Notes: a model not told the origin generated them from the sequence alone. Positions 28,542-36,906 are shown, counted from the stretch's first letter. The stretch is 46,179 nucleotides of DNA from a candidate division WWE3 bacterium CG23_combo_of_CG06-09_8_20_14_all_40_14 (GCA_002770755.1 PCQY01000018.1:1-46179), one strand, 5' to 3'. Numbers and translations are program-made.

Positions 28542-29262
28542 ATCCAATATAAATATTTCTAAATATAAAGATATCGCAATTCCTGTAGGTTTTATAATTA
28601 TTGCATTGGCAATTTTGCTTTTGGTTGGGTTTAAATCTTTTGGCAGTTTAGCGCCTTTGAAGGAAAGTATAGCCGCATCGCAGGCGCGTTTAACCGGACT
28701 GGAAGAAAGGCGTAGGAATTTGGAGATTATATCCGGTATGTCGGGGATTTTGGATGAGAACATTGCTCTTGTGGTGTCAGCAGTTCCTGAAAAGGATGAG
28801 GTTTCAGGTTTGCTTTCCCAGATTCAACAGATTGCGGGAGAAGCTGGCGTTACTTTGAAATCTTTGCAATATACTGGGTCCTCAAAAGGATATAAAAGCG
28901 AAGAGACTCCCATAAATTCGAGGGAGGAAAATGGCTTATTTGTTCAGGTATCTGTAGATGGTTCTTATTCCCAACTTGTTAAATTTTTGGAGCTTTTGGA
29001 AAATGCAAGGAGAATCGTTAATTTTGAGTCTTTGCGGTTAAGCGCTGTTTCCAAAGAAGATTTAACGAGACTAAATGGTTCCTTGAGCGCTACGGGATAT
29101 TATTTGGAGCAGAAGGCAGCGAGGGAAGTTTCAGGAAATGAGAAAATTATAGATTTTAGAAGTGGGGACTTCAATAAAATTCTTGAGGAACTTCGTTCCT
29201 ATAAAAGGTATGAAACTAAAAGTTTGTTGGTTGAGCCTGATGCGGAAGAACCTATTCTCTAA
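28522..29262 (+). CDS. pilO: type IV pilus assembly protein PilO-like
   Basis: Single TM segment, coiled coil, then a ferredoxin-like C-terminal part, in the pilMNO position. Overlaps pilN by 20 nt. Confidence 0.6.
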   Translation: MELKVSKSNINISKYKDIAIPVGFIIIALAILLLVGFKSFGSLAPLKESIAASQARLTGLEERRRNLEIISGMSGILDENIALVVSAVPEKDEVSGLLSQIQQIAGEAGVTLKSLQYTGSSKGYKSEETPINSREENGLFVQVSVDGSYSQLVKFLELLENARRIVNFESLRLSAVSKEDLTRLNGSLSATGYYLEQKAAREVSGNEKIIDFRSGDFNKILEELRSYKRYETKSLLVEPDAEEPIL

Positions 29263-29926
29263 CGGCGGTTTTCTTTTCGCTTTCTCTTTTTCTCCATTGC
29301 TCTATTTCCTTGTGATTTCCAGAAAGAAGGACTTTTGGAGCCTTTAATCCTTTATAGTCTTGTGGGCGAGTGTATTGCGGATACTCCACGAGATTTTTGT
29401 TTTGGAAAGATTCCGATTTTAATGAGCTTTCATTTTCTAAAACATTGGGTACTAGCCTGGCGATGGCATCCGTTAATACTAATGCGGGGTACTCACCTCC
29501 TGAGAGTACATAATTTCCAATAGAGATTTCTTGTGTTGCGAGATTTTGGGCAACTCTCTCGTCTACACCTTCGTAATGGCCGGCAATTAAAATAAGGTTT
29601 TTCTTGAGGGCTAAACTCTGCGCCATTTCTTGATTGAACACTTTTCCTCCCGCGGATAAAAGTATTATCTCACAGTTTTCTTTAGTTATTTTACAGCTTT
29701 TTAGGATATGTTCTACAGCTAGGAAAATAGGTTCCGGTTTAAGCACCATTCCCGCCCCTCCTCCGTATGGCGGAAGATCCGTTATTTTGTGCCTATCTTT
29801 TGTAAAATCTCTGATATTAATGGGGATTATTTCCAAAACACTTTTTTCTTGGGCGCGTTTTAGGATAGAAAAACTCGTTGCCTGCGCAATTATTTGGGGA
29901 AATAAAGTGAGTATGAAAACCCTCAT
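29252..29926 (-). CDS. trmD: tRNA (guanine37-N1)-methyltransferase
   Basis: MRVFILTLFPQI..., DFTKDRHKITDLPPYGGGAGMV and GHYEGVDERV motifs. Confidence 0.9.
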   Translation of the reverse strand: MRVFILTLFPQIIAQATSFSILKRAQEKSVLEIIPINIRDFTKDRHKITDLPPYGGGAGMVLKPEPIFLAVEHILKSCKITKENCEIILLSAGGKVFNQEMAQSLALKKNLILIAGHYEGVDERVAQNLATQEISIGNYVLSGGEYPALVLTDAIARLVPNVLENESSLKSESFQNKNLVEYPQYTRPQDYKGLKAPKVLLSGNHKEIEQWRKRESEKKTAVRE

Positions 29927-30156
29927 TTTTCTGAAACTTGTATTTCAAAATATTTATTCTGTTTTATGGCTTTAACTTTTACGAGCTCCTTGATTGCTTT
30001 AATAACTCTTCCTTGTTTTCCGATGATAGTTCCTATATCTTCTTTGTTAGCATTCACTATTAATTTCGTTATGTTGTTTGAATCCTCCTGCGTTATCTTT
30101 ACATCGCTGGGATTTTTTACTATATTTTTAATGATTTTTTCAAGAGTTGTTTTCAT
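29923..30156 (-). CDS. KH-domain RNA-binding protein (YlqC/UPF0109 family)
   Basis: IIGKQGRVIKAIKEL GXXG motif. Conserved position between rpsP and trmD. The ATG at 30156 was chosen (77 aa), because the longer ORF overlaps rpsP. Confidence 0.75.
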   Translation of the reverse strand: MKTTLEKIIKNIVKNPSDVKITQEDSNNITKLIVNANKEDIGTIIGKQGRVIKAIKELVKVKAIKQNKYFEIQVSEK

Positions 30157-30445
30157 TTTCCGCAGGCTCCCTTCCCTTTTTTTCTGCCTTTTTCGGCTCG
30201 TATTTCTTGAAGATATATTTTCCTTGTACCATATTAAAAACGGCTTCTGTGGGCTTTGCTCCCCTTTTAAGCCATTGAGTGTATTTATTATTGTCATAAG
30301 AAAAATTGTTAGCGGCATCTTTAGGGTTGTAAAAACCTAGAATATCCAGATACTTCCCGTCTCTTTTGGAGCGGGCTTCAGAGACCACTATTCTGTAAGT
30401 GGGCGCATTTCTTTTGCCGAATTTTGATAATCTAATTTTTAGCAT
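30140..30445 (-). CDS. rpsP: 30S ribosomal protein S16
   Basis: MLKIRLSKFGKRNAPTYRIVV... The ATG at 30445 was chosen. Confidence 0.9.
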   Translation of the reverse strand: MLKIRLSKFGKRNAPTYRIVVSEARSKRDGKYLDILGFYNPKDAANNFSYDNNKYTQWLKRGAKPTEAVFNMVQGKYIFKKYEPKKAEKKGREPAENENNS

Positions 30446-30473
30446 TATGTGGATTTTAACACTGTAAAGGTTT

Positions 30474-31172
30474 TTATACAAGCTTTCTGGCTTCCCACTT
30501 CTCTAGGGCGTTTTGGGCGGCGGCTTCCTCCGCTTTTTGTTTGCTATTGCCTTCGCCAGTACCTTCCATAGAATCTGTTATAAAAACACCCGCTTTGAAA
30601 TTTTTGTCATGGTCAGGACCCCATTCTTTAAGGATTTTATAAATGGGGGTTACATTTTTTCTTTCTTGGGCTAATTCTTGAAAAGAGCTTTTGCTATCTT
30701 TGTATTTTTTTTCTTTTACCACCCCGGCTATTTTTGGGAAAATGGTTTTCTCTAAGAATTTACGGCTTATTTCAAGACCTTGGTCCAAATAAATCGCTCC
30801 TAAAAGCGCTTCAAAGGTGTTAGCCAAAATATAGGGGCGGGTTCTTCCGCCTGTGGCTTCTTCGCCTTTGGACAACATAAGAAACTCCCCCACCCCTAAT
30901 TTTGCGGATTCTTCCGCAAGGGATTCTGTTCTAACTACAGCGGCGCGGTAGCTAGTTAAAAGTCCCTCAGGGGAGGAATAGTTCTTATAAAGATATTCCG
31001 AAGTTAAAAATTGCAAAATGGAGTCTCCTAAAAATTCAAGTCTTTCGTTTGATTCTTCGCTATCCTTATGTTCGTTTAGATATGAGCGGTGCGTTAAAGC
31101 TTTGTTGAGAATGTCCTTGTTTGAAAAGATTATATTTAGCTTCTTTTCTAATTTTGCTAGGCCTATGTTCAT
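30474..31172 (-). CDS. rnc: ribonuclease III
   Basis: ALTHRSY and ERLEFLGDSIL signature, plus a C-terminal dsRBD. Confidence 0.9.
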   Translation of the reverse strand: MNIGLAKLEKKLNIIFSNKDILNKALTHRSYLNEHKDSEESNERLEFLGDSILQFLTSEYLYKNYSSPEGLLTSYRAAVVRTESLAEESAKLGVGEFLMLSKGEEATGGRTRPYILANTFEALLGAIYLDQGLEISRKFLEKTIFPKIAGVVKEKKYKDSKSSFQELAQERKNVTPIYKILKEWGPDHDKNFKAGVFITDSMEGTGEGNSKQKAEEAAAQNALEKWEARKLV

Positions 31173-31411
31173 AAATTATCCTCCAAGAAATGCAGAAGAT
31201 TCTGCACGGTTTTAATTTTTTCTATATCCTCCGGGTTGATTTCTACATTAAAAACTTCCTCTACCGAAATCATGAGGTTGGCAAATTCAAAGGTGTCAAT
31301 GTTTAAGTCCTCCTCAAAATGGGAGTTTAGGGCTATCTCCTCGCGACTTACGCCGGTTTCTTTAGATATTAAATTTTTTAAATCTTTAAGTAATTGTTTA
31401 GTTTCTTTCAT
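31169..31411 (-). CDS. acyl-carrier-protein homologue with Thr at the 4'-phosphopantetheine site
   Basis: Gapless by-eye alignment to E. coli AcpP (FEEDLNIDTFEFANLMISVEE versus [21 protein letters not shown]). The acp-rnc synteny matches Firmicutes. Confidence 0.75.
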   Translation of the reverse strand: MKETKQLLKDLKNLISKETGVSREEIALNSHFEEDLNIDTFEFANLMISVEEVFNVEINPEDIEKIKTVQNLLHFLEDNL

Positions 31412-31809
31412 AGTTTTGCGGCAATATTTCCAAGCACACCATTAACAAATTTGCCGGAATTATCGCTTCCAAATTCTTTTGATAATTCTATCGCCTCGTC
31501 AATAACAACTTTTATAGGCGCTTCTTTAACAAATTTCAATTCGCTTATTGCTATCCGTAGGCATGCTAAGTCAATTTTGGCAATTTTATCCACGGGCCAT
31601 TCGGGAGCGGATTCTTGGATTAGCGCGTCTATCTCATAAATATGTTCCATAGTTTTTCTGTATATTTTATTGTAAATGTCGCTGTTGAATTCACTGATTC
31701 CTAAAAGTTCTACGCTTAAAGCTTTATCTACTTGCGTATCTTTGGACAGAAATGCCCATGCAAATACTACCGACAACGCCAATTTTCTTGCCTCGTGCCT
31801 TGCGTCCAT
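31408..31809 (-). CDS. nusB: transcription antitermination factor NusB
   Basis: 133 aa. ARKLALSVVF... start and a NusB-like helical pattern (ID.AIELSKEFG....KFVNGVLG). Confidence 0.85.
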   Translation of the reverse strand: MDARHEARKLALSVVFAWAFLSKDTQVDKALSVELLGISEFNSDIYNKIYRKTMEHIYEIDALIQESAPEWPVDKIAKIDLACLRIAISELKFVKEAPIKVVIDEAIELSKEFGSDNSGKFVNGVLGNIAAKL

Positions 31810-31827
31810 ATTAATTAGAATATCTTA

Positions 31828-31974
31828 CTAAAAACCGCACTCTTTGCAAATTGTGTGGGGCAGTTTATCCTCCTTGCATTTTTTGCATTGCACAACAGCC
31901 TTAATAGAAAGCTTAATATTTTTCCTCCTGCGGTTTTTTCTTGATGTGCTTGTTTTCTTTTTTGGTACTGGCAT
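31828..31974 (-). CDS. rpmF: 50S ribosomal protein L32 (48 aa, below the ORF-track length cutoff)
   Basis: Hand translation gives MPVPKKKTSTSRKNRRRKNIKLSIKAVVQCKKCKEDKLPHTICKECGF. This carries the canonical MAVPKKKTS-type N-terminus and CxxC...CxxC knuckle. Confidence 0.85.
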   Translation of the reverse strand: MPVPKKKTSTSRKNRRRKNIKLSIKAVVQCKKCKEDKLPHTICKECGF

Positions 31975-32497
31975 TTTTTAATATACTCACTCCCGTCTTA
32001 CCGTATGTTCTTTGCCTAAATACTTCTAGTCCTTCTAGATTTATTTTAGCATCTCTATGGTGTAGATATACTATCACGCCTTTCTCGCTTATACAATTTA
32101 GTAATTTTTGCGCGAGATTGTCAACAGTCAATTTATATGGCGGGTCAGCGAATACGATGTCGTATTTTGTTGGTAGGGAAGATGCTAAGAATTTTTCCGC
32201 CTCTGTATTCACGGCAATAATCCTATTTTCAAAATCCAAATTTTTAGCGTTTTGTTTTATTAGGTTTATGGCGCTAATATCTTTATCCACAAATGTGCAG
32301 CTTTTGGCGCCCAAACTTAAGGCCGATAATCCCAGCGCTCCGCTGCCTGCGTATAGGTCAAGGCAATCGGCGTTTCTAACTGTTTCTCCAAGCATAGAGA
32401 ACACCGCAAGTTTTACAACATTTTTCGTCGGTTTTATATTGTTGGGAACAAATAGATTTCCCCCCTTTTTTTCGCCTTGTGAGATTCTTAAATGCAT
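31913..32497 (-). CDS. rsmD: 16S rRNA (guanine966-N2)-methyltransferase RsmD
   Basis: DLYAGSGALGLSALSLGA SAM motif and FADPPY motif. Confidence 0.85.
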   Translation of the reverse strand: MHLRISQGEKKGGNLFVPNNIKPTKNVVKLAVFSMLGETVRNADCLDLYAGSGALGLSALSLGAKSCTFVDKDISAINLIKQNAKNLDFENRIIAVNTEAEKFLASSLPTKYDIVFADPPYKLTVDNLAQKLLNCISEKGVIVYLHHRDAKINLEGLEVFRQRTYGKTGVSILKNASTKKENKHIKKKPQEEKY

Positions 32498-32505
32498 TCT
32501 GAGAA

Positions 32506-32535
32506 ATTATATTGTAGTGGGAGTCTAACTGTCAA
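32506..32535 (-). promoter_or_regulatory. near-consensus sigma-70 promoter immediately upstream of rsmD
   Basis: Minus strand reads TTGACA (32535-32530), 18-nt spacer, TATAAT (32511-32506). Only 8 nt separate the -10 box from the ATG. Confidence 0.45.
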
Positions 32536-32548
32536 ATTGTACTGCAAG

Positions 32549-34579
32549 CTAGTTTGGAGAGACTGAGATTTTTGTTGATTGTTGCAGTTTGTTTTTTAGT
32601 TTTGGGTGCTTGTCCAAATTTTTGTAGTAATTTTCGGCGTAATCTTTTGATTCTGCCAAAAGCTTTGTGTTAAATATATCCGCAACCTTTAATTTTAGTA
32701 TGCCATGTTGATGCGTTCCGAACGCATCTCCGGGACCTCTGAATTTTAGGTCTATTTCTGCCAGTTTTATCCCATTATGTATCTCTGCCATATATTTGAG
32801 CCTGTTTTGCGAAGCATAAAAGCTATCGCTGAATAGCAGGCAATAAGATTTTATGCCGCTTCTTCCAACGCGTCCCCTTAATTGGTGCAAAGAAGCAAGC
32901 CCAAAGCGCTCTGCGGTTTCAATTATAATTATGCTGGCGTTTGGGATATCTATTCCCACCTCTACCACTGGCGTGGCAACCAATATATCGTATTTTTTTT
33001 CCTTAAAATCCTGCATTATTTTATCCTTTTCTTTTGTTTTTACTTTTCCGTGCACTAAACCTACCGAGAAATCCGAAAATATTTTTTTGAGTTTTTCATA
33101 CTCCTCTTTTGCGGACTTTACATTCCTCATTGATTCCGCTTCCGATTCTTCTATTAACGGACAAACAACAAAAACCTGCGCGCGCTCTTTTGCAATTTTT
33201 TCTTTAATCCAGTTATAAGCGCCATCTCTTTTTTTTGAAGGCACAAGCCAGGTAGTTACTTTTTTCCTTTTCTTGGGAAGCTCATCTATTACGCTTAGAT
33301 CTAAATCGCCATATATGGTAAGGGCAAGAGAACGAGGTATGGGCGTTGCAGTCATTGTAAGAAGGTGGGGGGTTTTAGAAGTTTCTATAGTTTGCAGAAA
33401 TTTTGCCCTCTGTTCTACTCCAAAACGGTGCTGTTCGTCTATTATTACTAATGCCAAATTTTGCAAATTAATTTTTGAATAAAGTAAAGCATGTGTGCCT
33501 ATGAGTATTTGGCAGGATTGATTGTTAATTTTTTTTGAACTGGTTAATAAGCCTATTTCTATGCCAAAATGCTCAAACAAATTAGTTAATGTCGTATAAT
33601 GTTGAGCGGCTAAAAGTTCGGTTGGCACTGCCAATATAGCTTGCCTTTTGTTTAAAGCTGTAATTAAAAGCGCTATTGCGGCGACAATAGTTTTTCCACT
33701 GCCCACATCGCCTTCCAATAATCTATTCATCGGTTTGAGTTTTGTGAGGTCGTTTATTATTTGCTCGCTTACTTTTGTTTGGGCGTTGGTTAATTTGAAA
33801 GGAAGTTTTTGAACAAAAGTGTCTACAGTTTTTTTAATATTTTGGGGGAGGTCTATTTTTTGCGCCAGTTCCCTACCCTGCCAGCTTTTCTTTCTTTGCT
33901 GGGATTTCAAATTAAGTAAAAAAAGCTCTTCAAAACCAAATCTTTTTAGGCTTTGTTCAATATCTTTTTGGCTATTTGGAAAATGTATGAAATTTAAGGA
34001 AGTATTTAAACTTGGATAATTTCGGTCCTTTAAAATTTTCTGCGGTAAAAATTCAATATCCGCTTCCTTATAAAAGTCAAGTGTTTTTTTTATTTTGCTT
34101 CTTAGCCATTTTGAAGTTATGCCTCTTGTTTCGGGATAGACGGGGGTAAGCCGGCCTGTGTGGGTGGGTGTTTGCCCTTTAACGATTTCGTATTCCGGGC
34201 TTAAAAATGCGAGTTTCCCGTCCATGTTTTCTACCGTTCCCGATATGCCCACAGAGCTTTTTGCTTTTATACTTTTGGTTAAGAAAAATTGATTGAACCA
34301 CACAAGTTCCATTTTTCCCGTCTCGTCTGTTAGCATCGCTTTAGTTATTTTTTTGCGGTTTTTGGTAAAAATATTTTTAATGCTTTCAATTGAGCCATAG
34401 ACTGTTGCGGTTTCGTCAACTAAAAGTTCGGATATTTTTTTGATGTTTGAAAAATCGTTGTATCTAAAAGGAAAATGGTACAAGAGGTCCTCAACAGTTT
34501 TGATATCAAGCTTGTTCAAAAGTTTTTGGTATTTTTCTCCGATTAAAGGAATTGCCGTTACGGAATCCGTTAATTTCAT
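32549..34579 (-). CDS. recG: ATP-dependent DNA helicase RecG
   Basis: 676 aa. Wedge/OB N-terminal domain, GDVGSGKT, DEQHRFG, and TATPIPRSLA motifs. Confidence 0.9.
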   Translation of the reverse strand: MKLTDSVTAIPLIGEKYQKLLNKLDIKTVEDLLYHFPFRYNDFSNIKKISELLVDETATVYGSIESIKNIFTKNRKKITKAMLTDETGKMELVWFNQFFLTKSIKAKSSVGISGTVENMDGKLAFLSPEYEIVKGQTPTHTGRLTPVYPETRGITSKWLRSKIKKTLDFYKEADIEFLPQKILKDRNYPSLNTSLNFIHFPNSQKDIEQSLKRFGFEELFLLNLKSQQRKKSWQGRELAQKIDLPQNIKKTVDTFVQKLPFKLTNAQTKVSEQIINDLTKLKPMNRLLEGDVGSGKTIVAAIALLITALNKRQAILAVPTELLAAQHYTTLTNLFEHFGIEIGLLTSSKKINNQSCQILIGTHALLYSKINLQNLALVIIDEQHRFGVEQRAKFLQTIETSKTPHLLTMTATPIPRSLALTIYGDLDLSVIDELPKKRKKVTTWLVPSKKRDGAYNWIKEKIAKERAQVFVVCPLIEESEAESMRNVKSAKEEYEKLKKIFSDFSVGLVHGKVKTKEKDKIMQDFKEKKYDILVATPVVEVGIDIPNASIIIIETAERFGLASLHQLRGRVGRSGIKSYCLLFSDSFYASQNRLKYMAEIHNGIKLAEIDLKFRGPGDAFGTHQHGILKLKVADIFNTKLLAESKDYAENYYKNLDKHPKLKNKLQQSTKISVSPN

Positions 34580-34698
34580 GTTACCTAAAAAATAGCGGTA
34601 TTAAACCTGTTAACAGCAGGGACAGTGAGGCTACGATTGTTATTATTGTCCAAACCCTTTTATGTTTTCTAAAAAAGTACATAAAAATAAGAAACTGT

Positions 34699-35772
34699 TT
34701 ATCTTGTGATATTATACCCTATTACTTCCTCGTATAGGTTTCTCGCTTTTTTGTCTTTTTCAAAATATTCCCGTACCGGTTTTATTAACATTTCAAGGCT
34801 TTCGGACACACCCATTTTTAAATCATTAGGGTGCAAATTTCCCATCTCGTAAGCTTTTTTAAGTTCGTTCGCCGTTTGGTATTCAATATAGCCCCCGTGT
34901 TCTTTGGCGCGGTAAATTTTTAAGTTGCCTAAACTTGGAAAGATGATATATTTTGCGTATTCAAAAACCGGGTTGCCTTGTGTTTGGTTTGGCGGGCAGA
35001 AGGCGGTTCTTATTTTATTCTCAATTTCTTTTTTAGTGTCGTGCATATATATGCTGGAAGTTGGATCGGATTTAGACATTTTTGAAGCGATTAGAGTTTG
35101 TTCGGCATCCTCCATTTGTTTTATTCCTTTTAATCCTAAAAGCATATGGTGATGGACGGCAATAGGCTTTTTCCAATTTAATTTATCCGCGATTTCCCTT
35201 GCTATCATATTAGCTCTTCTTTGGTCCATTCCAAGCTGGCAGATATCAATATCCATTTCAAAAATATCCGCGACTTGCATTGAAGGGTAAAATAACTGCG
35301 CAGTGGATAGAATATCTTTTTGGCTTCTGCCGGCGATGGTTAAGGACTTGAATGTTCGGTTTAGGGATAAATGCCTTGCCACGGTGAGAACTCTATCCCA
35401 ATACTCCAACGAATCCATTATATCGCTTGCCCAGATAATTTCTATTTTATTGGTTTCTACTCCGCTGGCTTTCCAAACTTCAATAAAATACTCTCCCACT
35501 CTTTGGATTTTTTTTATGTCCGCGTCCATTTTGTTATTTATGTATGCAAAATAATCGGCAAGATATAATTTTAAGTGGATGCCTGTTTCAAGAAGTTTTT
35601 TTACATTTATAGCGCGCAAAAGTCCAAAATGGATTGGGGCGATGCCCGAAGGTTCAAAGCCGTCGTAAGCCACAGGGTGCTCTTTTTCTTCAAACAGCTT
35701 TAAAAGTTCCTCCTCGGAGATTATTTCCTGGGCGAAGCTTTTTATAACTTTTACTTTTTCTTGCGGGGTCAT
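34699..35772 (-). CDS. tyrS: tyrosyl-tRNA synthetase, archaeal/eukaryal type
   Basis: 357 aa. Blocks EIISEEEL, AYDGFEPSG, LADYFAYINN, YPSMQVADI, GMDQRR, KMSKS, CPP...GNP and LHPNDLK match archaeal TyrRS along the whole length. No bacterial C-terminal S4-like domain. Confidence 0.8.
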   Translation of the reverse strand: MTPQEKVKVIKSFAQEIISEEELLKLFEEKEHPVAYDGFEPSGIAPIHFGLLRAINVKKLLETGIHLKLYLADYFAYINNKMDADIKKIQRVGEYFIEVWKASGVETNKIEIIWASDIMDSLEYWDRVLTVARHLSLNRTFKSLTIAGRSQKDILSTAQLFYPSMQVADIFEMDIDICQLGMDQRRANMIAREIADKLNWKKPIAVHHHMLLGLKGIKQMEDAEQTLIASKMSKSDPTSSIYMHDTKKEIENKIRTAFCPPNQTQGNPVFEYAKYIIFPSLGNLKIYRAKEHGGYIEYQTANELKKAYEMGNLHPNDLKMGVSESLEMLIKPVREYFEKDKKARNLYEEVIGYNITR

Positions 35773-35976
35773 ATTTAGTATATTACCAAATTAATCTAAT
35801 TAACGAAATGATAATTCCCTCATTAACTTTTAATCGTGTTTTTAGGGCTTTTTCTTTCCCAATAATTTTCTTGAGAATAAGAAGTCCCCCGGTTTCTACT
35901 CCTTGCAAACCAATAGGTTTTGTTAATGCTTATGTTTCCCATACTTTGGGAGTTTGCCTAACTATTAGGAGCGTTG

Positions 35977-36408
35977 TCAAGAACTTCTTTGCAAAAATTT
36001 GTCAATTTGTGAAACGAATTCGTCAAAATCGGAAAGGTTGTTTTGAATAATATTATATATTTCTTTTGGATCAACATCCTCGTATTGGTGAACAAAGATA
36101 TTTCTTGCTCCAATCGCCTTTTCCATTTTATTGGAAATTTCTTTGGTAATTATTTTCTTTTTGGCGAGAAGTGGAAAAACCTCTCTATTTTTCTTGTATC
36201 GACCCAAAAGAAGTTGAGATGTTATATGTTGAGAAATATCCAGCACAGCTTGTAAGGCTATTTGCAGGTGGTGAAGCGTTCCGTAATATTCATGGATATT
36301 TTTGTCATTATTAAATTCTTCAAACGAGATACCAACAAAATCAGTTAGTAGAGATCGTTCTCTTAGAATTGTTTTTAGCCTTTCCTGAATTCTTTCTTTG
36401 TCGAGCAT
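35977..36408 (-). CDS. hepT: HepT-type HEPN toxin (DUF86)
   Basis: RNIFVHQY is the Rx4HxY HEPN motif. 143 aa. Overlaps the upstream MNT gene by 34 nt. Confidence 0.8.
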   Translation of the reverse strand: MLDKERIQERLKTILRERSLLTDFVGISFEEFNNDKNIHEYYGTLHHLQIALQAVLDISQHITSQLLLGRYKKNREVFPLLAKKKIITKEISNKMEKAIGARNIFVHQYEDVDPKEIYNIIQNNLSDFDEFVSQIDKFLQRSS

Positions 36409-36812
36409 AGGTTATTCTTGGCTTGTTCAACAGAAGCCTCGTAAGCCTCGTTTAAATAAGGTTCTATGTCGTTATACTCGTTTCTTGTGGCAACTTCGAA
36501 ATCCGCCCTTTCCCCGGCGTTTTTGCAAAATACTACTTTTTGTGGGTATATTGCCTTAAATCTAAAAAGAGGAGATTTGTCATTTAAGATATTTACATGG
36601 ATGTTCCCGAATCGCGCAAGTTTTGCAGAAAGTCCCCCCTCGTCCAACAGGGAATGGTTTTCTCCTTGGTAAAACAAAACGCCAAGGTCTATATCGGAAT
36701 CTCTTTTGGCGTCGCCGTTGGATTGTGAACCATAGAGATACAAAGCCAAAATTCTAGTATCGGTTTGCAATTCTCTTTTAATTTTTTCTAGCGTTAATTT
36801 TATATTTCTCAT
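36375..36812 (-). CDS. mntA: MntA-type minimal nucleotidyltransferase antitoxin
   Basis: LYLYGSQSNGDAKRDSDIDLGVLF is the GSx10DxD motif. Confidence 0.8.
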   Translation of the reverse strand: MRNIKLTLEKIKRELQTDTRILALYLYGSQSNGDAKRDSDIDLGVLFYQGENHSLLDEGGLSAKLARFGNIHVNILNDKSPLFRFKAIYPQKVVFCKNAGERADFEVATRNEYNDIEPYLNEAYEASVEQAKNNLCSTKKEFRKG

Positions 36813-36906
36813 ACTATTTTATGTTAGCACATTGCTTGCGATATTGTAAAATTGTGTGAAGGTGCAAACCACGCCTTTTCTTTTACGCTGTCCTCTATGG
36901 ATATTT

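Noticed and set aside
29966-32528. Plus-strand ORFs 29966-30340, 31018-31215, 31236-31445, 31394-31639 and 31941-32528.
   Set aside because: All are antisense to the motif-verified trmD-KH-rpsP-rnc-acp-nusB-rsmD genes.
35773-35976. Possible T-box or other riboswitch leader upstream of tyrS (and similarly upstream of thrS, 45354-45399).
   Set aside because: I could find no specifier-loop or T-box consensus and no terminator/antiterminator pair. The thrS leader is also too short.
35808-36050. 80-aa plus-strand ORF in the tyrS/hepT spacer.
   Set aside because: It has no RBS, overlaps the hepT 3' end, and its composition is that of non-coding AT-rich DNA. The region is more likely the tyrS promoter.
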